Of a stretch of DNA of 64,000 nucleotides, positions 9,370-19,847 are shown in pieces. The notes beneath the pieces are model-generated. The model was not told where the DNA came from, searched no databases, and saw only the letters and a list, made by a program, of their open reading frames with translations. The first letter of the stretch is position 1; each line of letters starts with the position of its first letter. The stretch lies in contig JAUQPB010000001.1 in NCBI GenBank assembly GCA_030550585.1, positions 448,001 through 512,000 on the forward strand. The letters run 5' to 3'. This stretch comes from Thermoproteota archaeon. Lineage in GTDB: Archaea; Thermoproteota; Thermoprotei_A; Sulfolobales; Ignisphaeraceae. The position numbers and the translations under genes are program-made.

Positions 9370-9948
9370 ATGGGTCAGACAATAAGGATATTCATATACT
9401 CAAAGCATGAGGATGACCCGAATCTGTGTACAGCGGAGAGGCTTGTGAGGCGCGGGCTGGCCAAAAGGATTAGAAGACTTATCGAAATACCTGAGTGCTC
9501 TATTGTGCTAAACCCTTTTGCAAACACATATATCAAGTCATCTGATAGGGTATATGTGCAAACGTGTGGCATTGTTGCAGTAGATGTTTCTTGGAAAAGA
9601 GGTGTAGACATTCTGAAAAAGATTAGAAGGGGTAACCAAAGAGCTTTGCCAATCCTGATAGCCGCTAACAGCATCAACTATGGAAAGCCCTTTAAACTAA
9701 GCACGGCAGAGGCTTTGATAGCCGCTTTAATCATAACAGGATTCGATGAGGAAGCTCTGGAAATAGCCTCGCTATTCAAATGGGGACAACACTTTATATC
9801 GCTAAACAGAGAGCGGATAGAGAAGTATTTGCAGGCTCAGTCAGATGAAGAGCTAGAACAGATGCAGCGCACGCTATTCAAAATAGATGCACCTCCAAAT
9901 ACTAGGATTCTAGATCTTCTGCACAGGTACGTGTTAGAGGTATCCTAA
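9370..9948 (+). CDS. tsr3: 16S rRNA aminocarboxypropyltransferase
   Basis: DDPNLCTA, DVSW, RALPILIAANSINYGKPFKLSTAEA, FKWG. Confidence 0.93.
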   Translation: MGQTIRIFIYSKHEDDPNLCTAERLVRRGLAKRIRRLIEIPECSIVLNPFANTYIKSSDRVYVQTCGIVAVDVSWKRGVDILKKIRRGNQRALPILIAANSINYGKPFKLSTAEALIAALIITGFDEEALEIASLFKWGQHFISLNRERIEKYLQAQSDEELEQMQRTLFKIDAPPNTRILDLLHRYVLEVS

Positions 9949-10038
9949 ACCGCATTAAGCAACACAGCTTTCTCTCCTCAGTTGCAAACCAGGAAAAACG
10001 CTTAATACTGCACTCTAAAAGAAAGTAAGAAAGTGTAG

Positions 10039-10112
10039 GGGCCCGTCGTCTAGTCTGGTAGGACGCCGCCCTCACAAGGCGGAGGTCCGGGGTTCAAATC
10101 CCCGCGGGCCCA
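10039..10112 (+). tRNA. tRNA-Val(CAC)
   Basis: Cloverleaf GGGCCCG/CGGGCCC; anticodon arm CCGCC-CTCACAA-GGCGG; no encoded CCA. Confidence 0.97.
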
Positions 10113-10202
10113 CTAAAAGCCGTGTTGACTTCTAAAATCATCTCTAATGTTATTGTGGCCTGTTCTTATATTTTTGCTATGGTATGAGTAGTATTATTAG
10201 CG

Positions 10203-10898
10203 GTGTTTGCTGTGGATATATGTGACAGGCTACATAGATACATTGCAAACTTTAAAGAAAGTTTGAAGACTCTTAAAGTAATTGGCTCTGGTGCTGAAAA
10301 GTTGTTGGATAATGCTATGAGGTATTATAACGATGCTAGATACTATTTTGAGAAAGGCGATTGTGTAACAGGTCTTGTGGCAATATCTTATGCTGAGGGT
10401 ATTCTAGATGCCTTGAGAGAGCTCGGGTTTATTGAATGGCTGTGGACTAAGGCTAAGGAGACGAAGGTTTTGGCTGCAGGCTCTTTCGATATTATTCATC
10501 CTGGCCATATAGAGTTTCTCAAATGGGCTTCTACACTTGGCGATAAGCTCTATGTTGTTATCTCAAGAGACTCTAACTACAAAAGGGCTAGGGGATATGA
10601 TCCAATATTTGCTGATGTTGATAGGGCTTTCATTGTCAATTCTATTCGCTATGTCTACAAAGCTTTTATCGGTTCTGAAGACGATTTCCTAAAGCCTGTT
10701 GAGGATGTCAAACCTGATTTAATTGCCTTGGGACCAGACCAAATAGATGTTAACTATCTGGAGAGGCTATTGAAAGACAGGGGGCTGAACCCTAAAATCG
10801 TTAAACTTGATGGTAGAGTGAGAGGATTCTCTTCTTCCAATGTGAAGGATAAGGTATGTAGAGTGTGGTGCAAAGAGGTGTCCAAAAATAGTGTTTAG
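10203..10898 (+). CDS. DUF357-like domain fused to FAD synthase (RibL)-like nucleotidyltransferase
   Basis: N-terminal YYNDARYY..SYAEGILDA; GSFDIIHPGH, KPDLIALGPDQ. Confidence 0.85.
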   Translation: MFAVDICDRLHRYIANFKESLKTLKVIGSGAEKLLDNAMRYYNDARYYFEKGDCVTGLVAISYAEGILDALRELGFIEWLWTKAKETKVLAAGSFDIIHPGHIEFLKWASTLGDKLYVVISRDSNYKRARGYDPIFADVDRAFIVNSIRYVYKAFIGSEDDFLKPVEDVKPDLIALGPDQIDVNYLERLLKDRGLNPKIVKLDGRVRGFSSSNVKDKVCRVWCKEVSKNSV

Positions 10899-10902
10899 CT
10901 TT

Positions 10903-12834
10903 CTACATGTTGTAGGCAAGTGTGTATGAGTCTAGGATGTTTGGTGTGACAACTGCTATATCTCCTAGTCCAAGGAACTTTCTTCTCTTTTCAATCTCGT
11001 TAGCAAGACTTGCCACAGCATTTTTCTCTCCATGCACTAAAACAATTTTTGTTGGCTTTGGCTGCACATGCCTGAGGTAGTCGAGGAGCTGGTGCCTATC
11101 TGAGTGTCCTGAGAAGCCATCTATAGTATATACCTGCATCTTCACCCTCAGTATCTCTACCTTTCCCTTCTCATTCACAAACGCTATTTCTCTAGCACCA
11201 TCTCTTATTCTCCTGCCGAGAGTGCCCTCAACCTGGTAGTTAACAAAGATCATGCTGTTATTTGGATTTGGGGCCATGAGCTTGAAATACTCTACAGCAG
11301 GCCCACCTGTAAGCATTCCAGAAGACGCTATTATTATTGCTGGCTGTGGAGACTCTACAATCTCTGTTCTAGGCTCTCTACCCTCTAGCCTAACAAACGT
11401 CTCGTAATCGAATGGGTTTTCACCGTTTCTAAGCCTTCTTCCAAGATCTTTTGATAAGAGGTCTGGGTAGGCAGTATGTATTGCTGTGACCTCGTGTATC
11501 ATACCCTCTATGTAAACAGGTATCTTCGGTATCCTCCCCTGTTTCATGGCATCTGCCAGAATAACCATTATCTCTTGTGCTCTGCCAACGCTTAGAGTTG
11601 GTATTAGGACTTTGCCACCCTTGTTATAGGTTTCAAGAACTATTTTCAGCAGCTCGTTTTCAGCCTCTTCTCTCTTCGGCTGGTCAGTTGCTCCATAGGT
11701 GCTCTCCATTATTATTGTGTCAACACGTGGAAATTCATAGTCTGCTCTGTCTAGGAGCCTTGTCCTACCAAATTTCAGGTCTCCTGTGTAGACAATGTTG
11801 TGGAATCCGTTGCCTATGTGCAGATGCACTATCGCCGAGCCTAGTATGTGTCCCGCGTTATAGAGTGTGAGTCTTATGTCTGGAGCTATATCTGTTACAA
11901 CATTGTATTTGAGGGTTACTGTATGTAGAAGCATTTTCTCCACATCTCTCAGGCTAAATGGTGGTTCCACACCCTCTCTCTCTGTTATCTCTAGAAAGTC
12001 TTTGAGTAGAAGTGTTGTCAGATCCCTTGTCGCTTCCGTCATGTACACAGCTCCTTTGAATCCATATTTGAATAGATATGGTACAAGGCCAGCGTGGTCT
12101 AGGTGAGCGTGGGTCACTATAACGGCGTCTATATCGCTTGGGTCAATTCCTATGAGATCTATTCTTGGGAATGCATTTGGTGAGAGCCCTCTCCCAGGGT
12201 TTAGCCCAAAATCTAGCAGGATCTTGCTTTCAGCAGTCTCTACAAGTATGGCAGATCTTCCAACCTCTTGTGCTGCTCCAAGAAATGTTAGCCTCACATA
12301 GTTGTTCCCATTTTTTGCCAGTAGAACATCTCTGTGTATAGCCTCTCCCAGTTCTCTCAAAAACTTTAGCCTATAGCCACTCTCGGCTAGGTAACCCCTC
12401 ATAATCTCCTCGTAGATTCTAGACCTCATTGGAGGGGATCTAATTATCTTTGGTCTCCAGCCTGTGTGGACAAGAATTTGATTTGCTTTTTCCTCAACAA
12501 CCTGTGGGTTTCTAGCCTTTATAACAACCTCCCCGAGAACATCATCAAGCTCAACGCTCTCTATACCGGCTTCTGCTGGGACAACACTCTTTATATATTC
12601 TATAACATCTTTCTGAGGCTTTCTAATAGACGGGTCTGTTCTAATAACAATTCTCTTCTTTATTAGCTTAGCAATCTGCGAAACAATCTCTCCTTGCTCC
12701 AACAGAAACTGAGGATTCTTAACATAGACAGCTATTTCAGGCCCTTCAAACTCTAGCCTTGTCAGCTGTGCTGTTGGTGGCATCATCTTAAATATTACTG
12801 ATCTTATGTAGGAAAGGTCTATGTTAAAGCTCAT
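10903..12834 (-). CDS. fttA: KH-beta-CASP ribonuclease aCPSF1 / termination factor FttA
   Basis: EFEGPE KH region, HAHLDH, AGHILGS, FSGHSD, VHGE. Confidence 0.96.
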   Translation of the reverse strand: MSFNIDLSYIRSVIFKMMPPTAQLTRLEFEGPEIAVYVKNPQFLLEQGEIVSQIAKLIKKRIVIRTDPSIRKPQKDVIEYIKSVVPAEAGIESVELDDVLGEVVIKARNPQVVEEKANQILVHTGWRPKIIRSPPMRSRIYEEIMRGYLAESGYRLKFLRELGEAIHRDVLLAKNGNNYVRLTFLGAAQEVGRSAILVETAESKILLDFGLNPGRGLSPNAFPRIDLIGIDPSDIDAVIVTHAHLDHAGLVPYLFKYGFKGAVYMTEATRDLTTLLLKDFLEITEREGVEPPFSLRDVEKMLLHTVTLKYNVVTDIAPDIRLTLYNAGHILGSAIVHLHIGNGFHNIVYTGDLKFGRTRLLDRADYEFPRVDTIIMESTYGATDQPKREEAENELLKIVLETYNKGGKVLIPTLSVGRAQEIMVILADAMKQGRIPKIPVYIEGMIHEVTAIHTAYPDLLSKDLGRRLRNGENPFDYETFVRLEGREPRTEIVESPQPAIIIASSGMLTGGPAVEYFKLMAPNPNNSMIFVNYQVEGTLGRRIRDGAREIAFVNEKGKVEILRVKMQVYTIDGFSGHSDRHQLLDYLRHVQPKPTKIVLVHGEKNAVASLANEIEKRRKFLGLGDIAVVTPNILDSYTLAYNM

Positions 12835-13544
12835 GACATTGATCTACCGAGTAACTTTCTAATATCATCTACAGTATATGTTATCTCCCTGTAGAAGTCC
12901 CTGCCTATGACAACAACATCAACGCCAATACCACCTGTAAAAACATCTCTTGCAATAGCTGTTGCAACAGCTTTGACAGCTAGCTTTATTGAGTTCTCCA
13001 AATCTAAATCAGGGCTGTACTCAGCCTCTATAATCCCAATAGCCGTTGGGGATCCTGATCCCGTGGCTGTGAACTTCTCTTCTGTAACATCTCCATAGGG
13101 TTCTATGCCAAATATTTTAGGTCCTTCGTAGTAGTCGTATCCCCCTAGAATGAGCTGTACAATAAATGGAAAGTACTTGTACTCATTTAGTATTAAGCCT
13201 AGTAGAGACGCCATGCTCTTGAGGGGCATCGGCCTATTATTAAGTATTTGGTAGTATGTCGCCTCAGCCCTTATATAATCTGCTAGAGCTTGGGCATCTG
13301 CAACAAGCCCTGCGACAGTCATGGCAACCCTGTCATTGATTCTAACAATCTTCCTAACATTCTTGTGTGCAACATATATCCCTGCAGTAGCCTTCTTATC
13401 AGATGCAAGCACAACATAATCTTTGAACGCTATGCCAACAGTTGTTGTGCCTTTGTACACCTTCTCTATAATCTCCTCCAGCATTTTACTGTTTCGATAT
13501 TGGCTTCTCAGATCATTATAATACATTTTCAAAACCCTTTCCAC
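12831..13544 (-). CDS. psmB: Proteasome beta subunit
   Basis: G/TTTVG autoprocessing site, ATGSGS, RD; start may be downstream. Confidence 0.95.
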   Translation of the reverse strand: MERVLKMYYNDLRSQYRNSKMLEEIIEKVYKGTTTVGIAFKDYVVLASDKKATAGIYVAHKNVRKIVRINDRVAMTVAGLVADAQALADYIRAEATYYQILNNRPMPLKSMASLLGLILNEYKYFPFIVQLILGGYDYYEGPKIFGIEPYGDVTEEKFTATGSGSPTAIGIIEAEYSPDLDLENSIKLAVKAVATAIARDVFTGGIGVDVVVIGRDFYREITYTVDDIRKLLGRSMS

Positions 13545-13567
13545 TTAGAAAGGTTTTTAGCAAACAG

Positions 13568-14695
13568 TTGTACAGCATTTTTCTTATTGAAAAGCTTAAT
13601 AAGTTTCTATGCGCTCAAAAGATCTTGGTGTTTCCTCTGTCGAATCTGCATGAGATATCACTGCCCAAGAAGTTTGTCATTGGCGTCGATGTTATTGAGA
13701 AAGCCTCTGAGTATATACTGGCCGTAATCCCCTGTTCAAAGGCTTTGATTGTTACCGGCTCTGGAGACACCCTCAAATATGCTCGCATTGTTTCTGATGA
13801 TCTTAGAGAGGCTGGTGTAGAGACGTGGATAATATCTGTAAAGTCGTCTACTATGGAGGAGGTTGATAGGGTGGTTAAAGTGGCTCAGGAAACTGGGGCA
13901 GAGGCTTTCATTGGCGTGGGTGGTGGAAAGGCTATTGACGTGGCTAAATACGCTTCGCATATGGTTGAAAAACCTTTTGTCAGCGTTCCAACAGCTCCCT
14001 CGCACGATGGGATAGCATCTCCATTTGCATCTATAAAAAACTCTGGCAGGGTCACCTCTGTAAAGGCGTCTACACCAGTTCTTGTAATAGCCGATGTCTC
14101 AGTAATGGCGAAGGCCCCTAGAAGAAACATTATTGCTGGCTGTGGAGACCTTATCGGAAAGTTTTCAGCTGTTTTGGATTGGAGGCTTGCCCACAGGCTG
14201 AAGGGGGAGTACTACGGCGATTACGCAGCATCTCTATCCCTTCTATCAGCAAAACACATCGTGAAATACAGCGAGATGTTTAGCGCTAGGCAGATACCGT
14301 TAGAGGCTGTGAGGGTTCTTGTAGAGGCTCTGATAAGCAGCGGCATTGCAATGGCTATAGCAGGCTCCACCAGACCTGCTAGCGGTTCTGAGCATCTCAT
14401 AGCCCATGCCATAGATGTTGTAGCCAATTTCCCAGCCCTTCACGGTGAGGAAGTGGGTATTGGGAGTCTGATAGCATTATATCTCCATGGAAAGAACTGG
14501 AGAAGTATTAGGAGGATACTAAGCGAGATGGGGGCGCCAACGAAAATATCGCAGATAAATGTCTCTAGAGAACAGATGGTGAAGGCACTCACAATAGCCC
14601 ATACAATTAGGCCTGAGAGGTATACTATATTAGGTGAAAAAGGGTTTAGCGAAGAGGCTGCAGAGAGAATAATAGATGTGTTAGAGCTTGACTAG
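13568..14695 (+). CDS. egsA: Glycerol-1-phosphate dehydrogenase
   Basis: GVGGGKAIDVAK, SHDGIASP, RPASGSEH, HGEEVG; true start probably ~13628. Confidence 0.95.
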   Translation: MYSIFLIEKLNKFLCAQKILVFPLSNLHEISLPKKFVIGVDVIEKASEYILAVIPCSKALIVTGSGDTLKYARIVSDDLREAGVETWIISVKSSTMEEVDRVVKVAQETGAEAFIGVGGGKAIDVAKYASHMVEKPFVSVPTAPSHDGIASPFASIKNSGRVTSVKASTPVLVIADVSVMAKAPRRNIIAGCGDLIGKFSAVLDWRLAHRLKGEYYGDYAASLSLLSAKHIVKYSEMFSARQIPLEAVRVLVEALISSGIAMAIAGSTRPASGSEHLIAHAIDVVANFPALHGEEVGIGSLIALYLHGKNWRSIRRILSEMGAPTKISQINVSREQMVKALTIAHTIRPERYTILGEKGFSEEAAERIIDVLELD

Positions 14696-14714
14696 CACAA
14701 AAGGTTTTTGAACA

Positions 14715-15455
14715 TTATTCAGCTTTTTGGCTCTGGGCTACTGCTTCAGCGGACCTCTCAAATCTCTCCACATAGACAACAGTATTATATTTCCCTATGA
14801 ATCTATATATCTCCTCAGCAACAATAGCTTTAACCAGTTGCAGGTCCCTGTCAAGCAGTATCTCCTTTGGAATTTCTATAGTAACACTATTGCTGTTCTG
14901 GTCTATAGACACATTGAATCTTTCTACTGGCACCCTCCTATACCTTCTATGAAGCAAATGCTTTATCTTCTCAGCATCGTCTTCTACAACCTTAACTATC
15001 TTGTATGTGCACAAAAGGGTTTTCCCCGCCAGCGGATGGTTAAAGTCTATGAGTACCCTACCACCTGTAACAGCCTTTACAATCCCTATCTGTCCATTCA
15101 ACTCAACTGTTTTTCCAACCTCTGGAACGATGTTGTTCTTTAGCAGCTCTCTCATACCAACAATCTTAACTTTTGAGGGGTCTCTAACACCATAAGCCTT
15201 CTCGGGTGGAACCTCCACTTGTAGCTCTTTCCCAACCTCTCCAAAGTTTTCTATGTGCTCCTCAAGCCCTTGTATAATCCTGTTCTCACCAACTATAACA
15301 AGCAGAGGTTCATAGATTCTATCAGCCTCATACCTATTCTCCTTCTTAGCAATTTCCTCAATTGTTGTCTCAATAAGCTCTCCTGTCTCCTTAGCCCTTA
15401 TCACATAGTCTACCAAAATGAAGCTGTTTTTGGGTATAGCCATGTGGTTTAGCAC
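14715..15455 (-). CDS. Long-type FKBP peptidyl-prolyl isomerase
   Basis: VPPEKAYG, IDFNHPLAGK. Confidence 0.92.
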   Translation of the reverse strand: MLNHMAIPKNSFILVDYVIRAKETGELIETTIEEIAKKENRYEADRIYEPLLVIVGENRIIQGLEEHIENFGEVGKELQVEVPPEKAYGVRDPSKVKIVGMRELLKNNIVPEVGKTVELNGQIGIVKAVTGGRVLIDFNHPLAGKTLLCTYKIVKVVEDDAEKIKHLLHRRYRRVPVERFNVSIDQNSNSVTIEIPKEILLDRDLQLVKAIVAEEIYRFIGKYNTVVYVERFERSAEAVAQSQKAE

Positions 15456-15513
15456 CCTCGGCTAGTCTAAGCCTTTTTAACGAAAAGGTAAAAAAGCTGT
15501 TATCAAACACGCT

Positions 15514-16107
15514 ATGCGAAGGTGTTCACCATTGCTGGAGGTAGAGGTAAAGCTTAGGGTGGGTAACCTAGAAGAGATAGAGAAGAGGCTACTCGATCTC
15601 GGGGCAAAGCTTATCGATATAGTCAACGAAACTGACTACTATGTTGATCTGAGGCCATGCATAGATTTGAGGTCTAAGGACATGGCCTTGAGAATCAGAG
15701 AGTCGATGAGTCTTCTAAGCAATTCTAGAAGATGTGAGCTCACCTTCAAGGGCAGCAGGATAGGTGGCTATCCAAAGGCTAGAAAAGAGATTGTTGTTGA
15801 GGTAGATAGTGCTGAAAAGCTTCTAGAGATATTCAAGGACCTCGGATTCTCAAAGACTTACACAGTCTCTAAAAGCAGAAGGATATACAGACTCGGGAGC
15901 TTCAAGATATTTCTAGACAATGTGAAGGAGCTTGGAAGCTTCATCGAGATAGAGGCCGACAACCCAGAGCCTCAAAGCCTAGATACTCTAGCCAGTGAAA
16001 TGAAGAGGCTTTTATCAGCTATAGGAGTTTTTGGAGAGCCTGAAGAGAAAACCTATTTGGAGATGTTATTAGAGAAAAAGGGTTTGGATCAAAAATATTT
16101 TGATTAA
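15514..16107 (+). CDS. CYTH (class IV adenylate cyclase-like) protein
   Basis: ExExK (EVEVK), LRIR, LTFKG, FIEIE. Confidence 0.9.
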   Translation: MRRCSPLLEVEVKLRVGNLEEIEKRLLDLGAKLIDIVNETDYYVDLRPCIDLRSKDMALRIRESMSLLSNSRRCELTFKGSRIGGYPKARKEIVVEVDSAEKLLEIFKDLGFSKTYTVSKSRRIYRLGSFKIFLDNVKELGSFIEIEADNPEPQSLDTLASEMKRLLSAIGVFGEPEEKTYLEMLLEKKGLDQKYFD

Positions 16108-16127
16108 AAATTGTTTTTGCCGTTGGT

Positions 16128-19100
16128 TTACGCAGCTAGCTTTCTACCAAGCTGTATAGCTGCGTAGATAGATGTCGCAGCTGCTATTAGTGCCAGCACA
16201 AGTGTTATTATGATGTATGTCTGCAGAGTTGATGTTGCAGAGTCTACCTTTTTAGATAAGTCGCCGGAGGCAGAGTCAATCTTACTTGATACAGCATCGA
16301 CCTTGCCTGAGACTGTGTCAACCTTTGAACCAACACCGTTTATAGCATTTGCCAAGTTGCTTGCAACGCTATCGACTTTAGAGGCCACGTTGTCAACCTT
16401 TGAAGAGACGCTGTTCACAGCACCTGTCAGTGAGTCTACCTTGCTGTTGAGCGTTGATACAGCAGAGCTTATAGAGTCTACCTTACTGCTCAAACCAGTT
16501 AGCTGCTGTACAGCTGAGTTCACACCATTTATAGCATCTTGTAGTAGTTTTGATATTGCAGAGTCGAGTGTTGATACCTTGGATGATATGTCGCTTACAG
16601 CACTTGAAATGCTGTCAACCTTGCTAGATAGCGAATCGACCTTGGATGAAACAGCACCAACAGCATTGCTAACAGCGTCTACTTTGTTGCCAACAGATGT
16701 TACAGCACTTGTTATAGCTGACTGGGCAGAGTCTATCTTCTTGCTAATACTGTCAAACCCAGATGAAACAGCCGAGTTCAGTTGCTGTAGCGTTGATGAG
16801 ATGGCAGTTAGAGTTGCCTTGGCATCGCTAACAGCTGATGAAACAGCCGACAACTGGTTGCTCAAGCTATTCACCGCATTGTTGAAGTAGTCCTTATCGA
16901 CAAGTCTGCTAACATTGTTTATCACATATACGTAGCCTGGCATTGTAGAGCTCGGTTGAGTAGCACCTGGCAACACATATAGCAAGCTAAATGCATATGC
17001 ACCAGGCTCTAGCACTGGTACGTAGATTCCCGGTGTTATTTGAGGTGATAATGTGTTTATCAAGACACCTCTGTTGTCTGAGCCCCATCTCTGCACTTGT
17101 AGATTCAGCGAGTATCCAGCATCTGTATTGTTTATGAGCATTGCTAGCACTGATGCACCCGGTGGGAACCCTGTTCCAATCACCCTCACAATGCCTTGTC
17201 CAACCAGAATAGGCACAATGTCCTTATTCAGATCTAGTAGCAGTAGCTTCGGGACTACTTGTGGATATACAGGTGATGTATCGCTTCCAAGGAATGTTGT
17301 TCCGTTGTAGAACATTGTAACATAGATTGTTCCGCTAACACTGCCAACAGCAAAGAGCTGGTACGTGCCTTGCGGAACTGTTGGCACAACAAAGTCTATT
17401 GTAGCTGTTGATCCATTTGCTATAAAGCTCTTTACCGTGATATTGCCGAAGTATATGGTAACAAGCTCTCCATTCGATAAACCAGATAGTGTAACTCTTA
17501 TGATATCTCCTAGATAGTCGCATCTACCTCCATATGTAACACACTTGTCACAGTAGCTTAGCCCAACAACAGTCTCTGGACATGGGCATGCCACAATTCT
17601 CTGGTTGTTGTAGCCTGCACTAACCTTTGGCTCCACCTTTGCTGGTGGTGTGAATGGCGGTGGATAGACTATCGACCAATAGGCCTTAGCACCTATTATT
17701 ACAGCTAGTGAGTATTCATAGCCCCATGCATCTACACCCCATATGTAGTGTACGCCAAAGGATGCATCGCTTGGTATGACCACTTGGAATGTTGCGTTAC
17801 CATCTTTGCCTAAGGACACTGTTGTCAGTTTTAGTATTTTCTCCCAGTAAACATTCAAAGTATTGTATCCTGGGTAGCCCCATGCAGAGCCGGGTCCATA
17901 GCCATAAGCAGCAATTGTTACGGTATCGCCAGGCTTTATAATGCCTGTTGGCCATACAAGCACTAGCAAGGGCCTTACAATGTAGTATGTGTTCCTAAAT
18001 GTGAACGAAGGTCCTGTTGTTGGCTGTCCAGTTACTGTCAGGCTAGCAGTTTGTGTACTTGCATTGTAGCTCCAAGACACAGTCCAGCTAATGCTAGCAT
18101 CACTAAAAGTCAAAGCTGCAATGCTAACTACTGTACCTGAAACACTCATGTTAGTTGGATACACATAGAAACTCTTGATGGTTTTGCCTGTATCGGCATT
18201 TGTATACGTTATTGTTAGGTTGGCTGCCGATATGCTAAGACCCCATTGCTTTAGTTCTAGGAATATGTAGTTACTGTAGTTGTAGAATGTTGCCCAATAC
18301 ATGTATTGGCCGGGTGTTGTGGGTGCGGCAAGGGTATAGTTTGTGGGATATATGTTGAATGATATGTTTGCGGTGTATGCATTGTAGTAGCTGTTGTAGG
18401 ATGTATTTGCTAGAGCGGTGAACATCTGTACTGGTGTGGCAGGTGTTATATTGTATAGTGAGAATCTTGTATGATTACCTTCTAGGTTGGCTGCAAGCAT
18501 GTACTTCTTTCCAGCATATGTTATGTTGATTCTCAGAACATCGCTCTTTGTGTATGACATTGCCGTTGTCTGCCTTATATAATCTAGTGTTCCACTTACA
18601 TAGGATGTTGCTGTTATAGATGCTCTTGTCCCAAGAGCGTTATATATAGCGCTCTGGCTTATTACAACAGTTCCTTGCGAACCCAAGGCAAATGATGATG
18701 TGTTAGATAGTGTTTGTGGCTTAGGAGTCTCGAAGACTATTGGTACGTATAGACCAGCCGTCATATTGGTTCTCAAATACTGTGCTAGGTTGGATAAGGT
18801 GAAGTGTCCGTAGCTATCCGTTGTTGTAAGACCTCCAGATGCTGTGAAGTTGTATTTAACATTTGTGAAGTTGATGTTCCAAAGAGTAATCTTTAGTATA
18901 GTTACATTGGGGTCGAAGCCATATCCCGTAATGTTTATGTTTTGCAACTCGCATACGCTACCATCGCATCTGCCATTACCTTCTTTTGGCGATATAATGA
19001 CTTGTGGAATTATTGATAGGGTTCCGTTCCTTGCCATAGCTACGTTGGTTGCGGAGGCTATGCCAGCAACTGTGTAGGTTCCTTTTGGAAGACCATATCC

Positions 19101-19739
19101 TGTTAATGTGACTAGGTCAACCTTCGTTGATGCTGTTCCATTGTTTGCAACAGGTAGAGATGTGGTATAGGTTGCTGTTATTGGTCCTTTGAATAGTATC
19201 TGTGTTATTGTATCATTTGGTATATAGCCATAGAATGAGATAGTTACATTAATGTGTTTTCCAAAGGCATCGACGTTGGCAGTTTCTATTGGTGATACAA
19301 CGACTTTTGGTACTATTGAAACCATTTGTGTCCTTAGTATTCCAAGAGCTTCTACACCTACCCATAGATCTAGCATGCCATCTCCATTGCTGTCTATAGC
19401 ACCTGTTAGATTGAGTGGGAGTGTTAGGCTAACTGTGTATTGGCCTGGTGATGGGGGTACGAACCATGTTGATACCCATTTGGTGCTGCAATTACTATCG
19501 GCACAGAGGTATACATTGACTGTTGTGGACATATCAACCTTTATTGTTATTGTTACTGGCTCTCCGGGAACCGCTATCCCAGTTCCTGCTGATGATGATA
19601 CGCTGACTATTGTTGCTACAACAAGTTGTTGTGCTTGTATTGGTGCTATCGATAATATTAGTGGTATTAGGAATAGTATTGCTATTGTTGTTGAGGCTAT
19701 TGTTCTGAGATTTGGTTTCATGGATGGGTTCACCCACAT
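16128..19739 (-). CDS. Large secreted, membrane-anchored surface/S-layer-like glycoprotein with coiled-coil stalk
   Basis: Signal peptide, repeated beta-rich modules, many NxS/T sequons, ~230-aa heptad region (VSSKVDS-like), C-terminal TM helix plus basic tail. Confidence 0.8.
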   Translation of the reverse strand: MWVNPSMKPNLRTIASTTIAILFLIPLILSIAPIQAQQLVVATIVSVSSSAGTGIAVPGEPVTITIKVDMSTTVNVYLCADSNCSTKWVSTWFVPPSPGQYTVSLTLPLNLTGAIDSNGDGMLDLWVGVEALGILRTQMVSIVPKVVVSPIETANVDAFGKHINVTISFYGYIPNDTITQILFKGPITATYTTSLPVANNGTASTKVDLVTLTGYGLPKGTYTVAGIASATNVAMARNGTLSIIPQVIISPKEGNGRCDGSVCELQNINITGYGFDPNVTILKITLWNINFTNVKYNFTASGGLTTTDSYGHFTLSNLAQYLRTNMTAGLYVPIVFETPKPQTLSNTSSFALGSQGTVVISQSAIYNALGTRASITATSYVSGTLDYIRQTTAMSYTKSDVLRINITYAGKKYMLAANLEGNHTRFSLYNITPATPVQMFTALANTSYNSYYNAYTANISFNIYPTNYTLAAPTTPGQYMYWATFYNYSNYIFLELKQWGLSISAANLTITYTNADTGKTIKSFYVYPTNMSVSGTVVSIAALTFSDASISWTVSWSYNASTQTASLTVTGQPTTGPSFTFRNTYYIVRPLLVLVWPTGIIKPGDTVTIAAYGYGPGSAWGYPGYNTLNVYWEKILKLTTVSLGKDGNATFQVVIPSDASFGVHYIWGVDAWGYEYSLAVIIGAKAYWSIVYPPPFTPPAKVEPKVSAGYNNQRIVACPCPETVVGLSYCDKCVTYGGRCDYLGDIIRVTLSGLSNGELVTIYFGNITVKSFIANGSTATIDFVVPTVPQGTYQLFAVGSVSGTIYVTMFYNGTTFLGSDTSPVYPQVVPKLLLLDLNKDIVPILVGQGIVRVIGTGFPPGASVLAMLINNTDAGYSLNLQVQRWGSDNRGVLINTLSPQITPGIYVPVLEPGAYAFSLLYVLPGATQPSSTMPGYVYVINNVSRLVDKDYFNNAVNSLSNQLSAVSSAVSDAKATLTAISSTLQQLNSAVSSGFDSISKKIDSAQSAITSAVTSVGNKVDAVSNAVGAVSSKVDSLSSKVDSISSAVSDISSKVSTLDSAISKLLQDAINGVNSAVQQLTGLSSKVDSISSAVSTLNSKVDSLTGAVNSVSSKVDNVASKVDSVASNLANAINGVGSKVDTVSGKVDAVSSKIDSASGDLSKKVDSATSTLQTYIIITLVLALIAAATSIYAAIQLGRKLAA

Positions 19740-19765
19740 TCGGTAGAATACTTGCGATGGGCTGG

Positions 19766-19843
19766 TTTTAAAAGGGTTTTGTCTGCACTGTTTTTGTGGT
19801 GTTGTTGTTTCTGTATATAGCTGTCTTGTTTCTGTATACAGCT
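19766..19843 (-). promoter_or_regulatory. TATA box plus two 18-bp direct repeats upstream of the surface protein gene
   Basis: TTTTAAAA 19766-19773; TTGTTTCTGTATA(T/C)AGCT at 19805-19822 and 19826-19843. Confidence 0.7.
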
Positions 19844-19847
19844 TTTT

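Noticed and set aside
16210-16890. 226-aa plus-strand ORF and apparent DNA repeats
   Set aside because: Antisense to the heptad stalk; the repeats are protein-level and diverge at synonymous sites.
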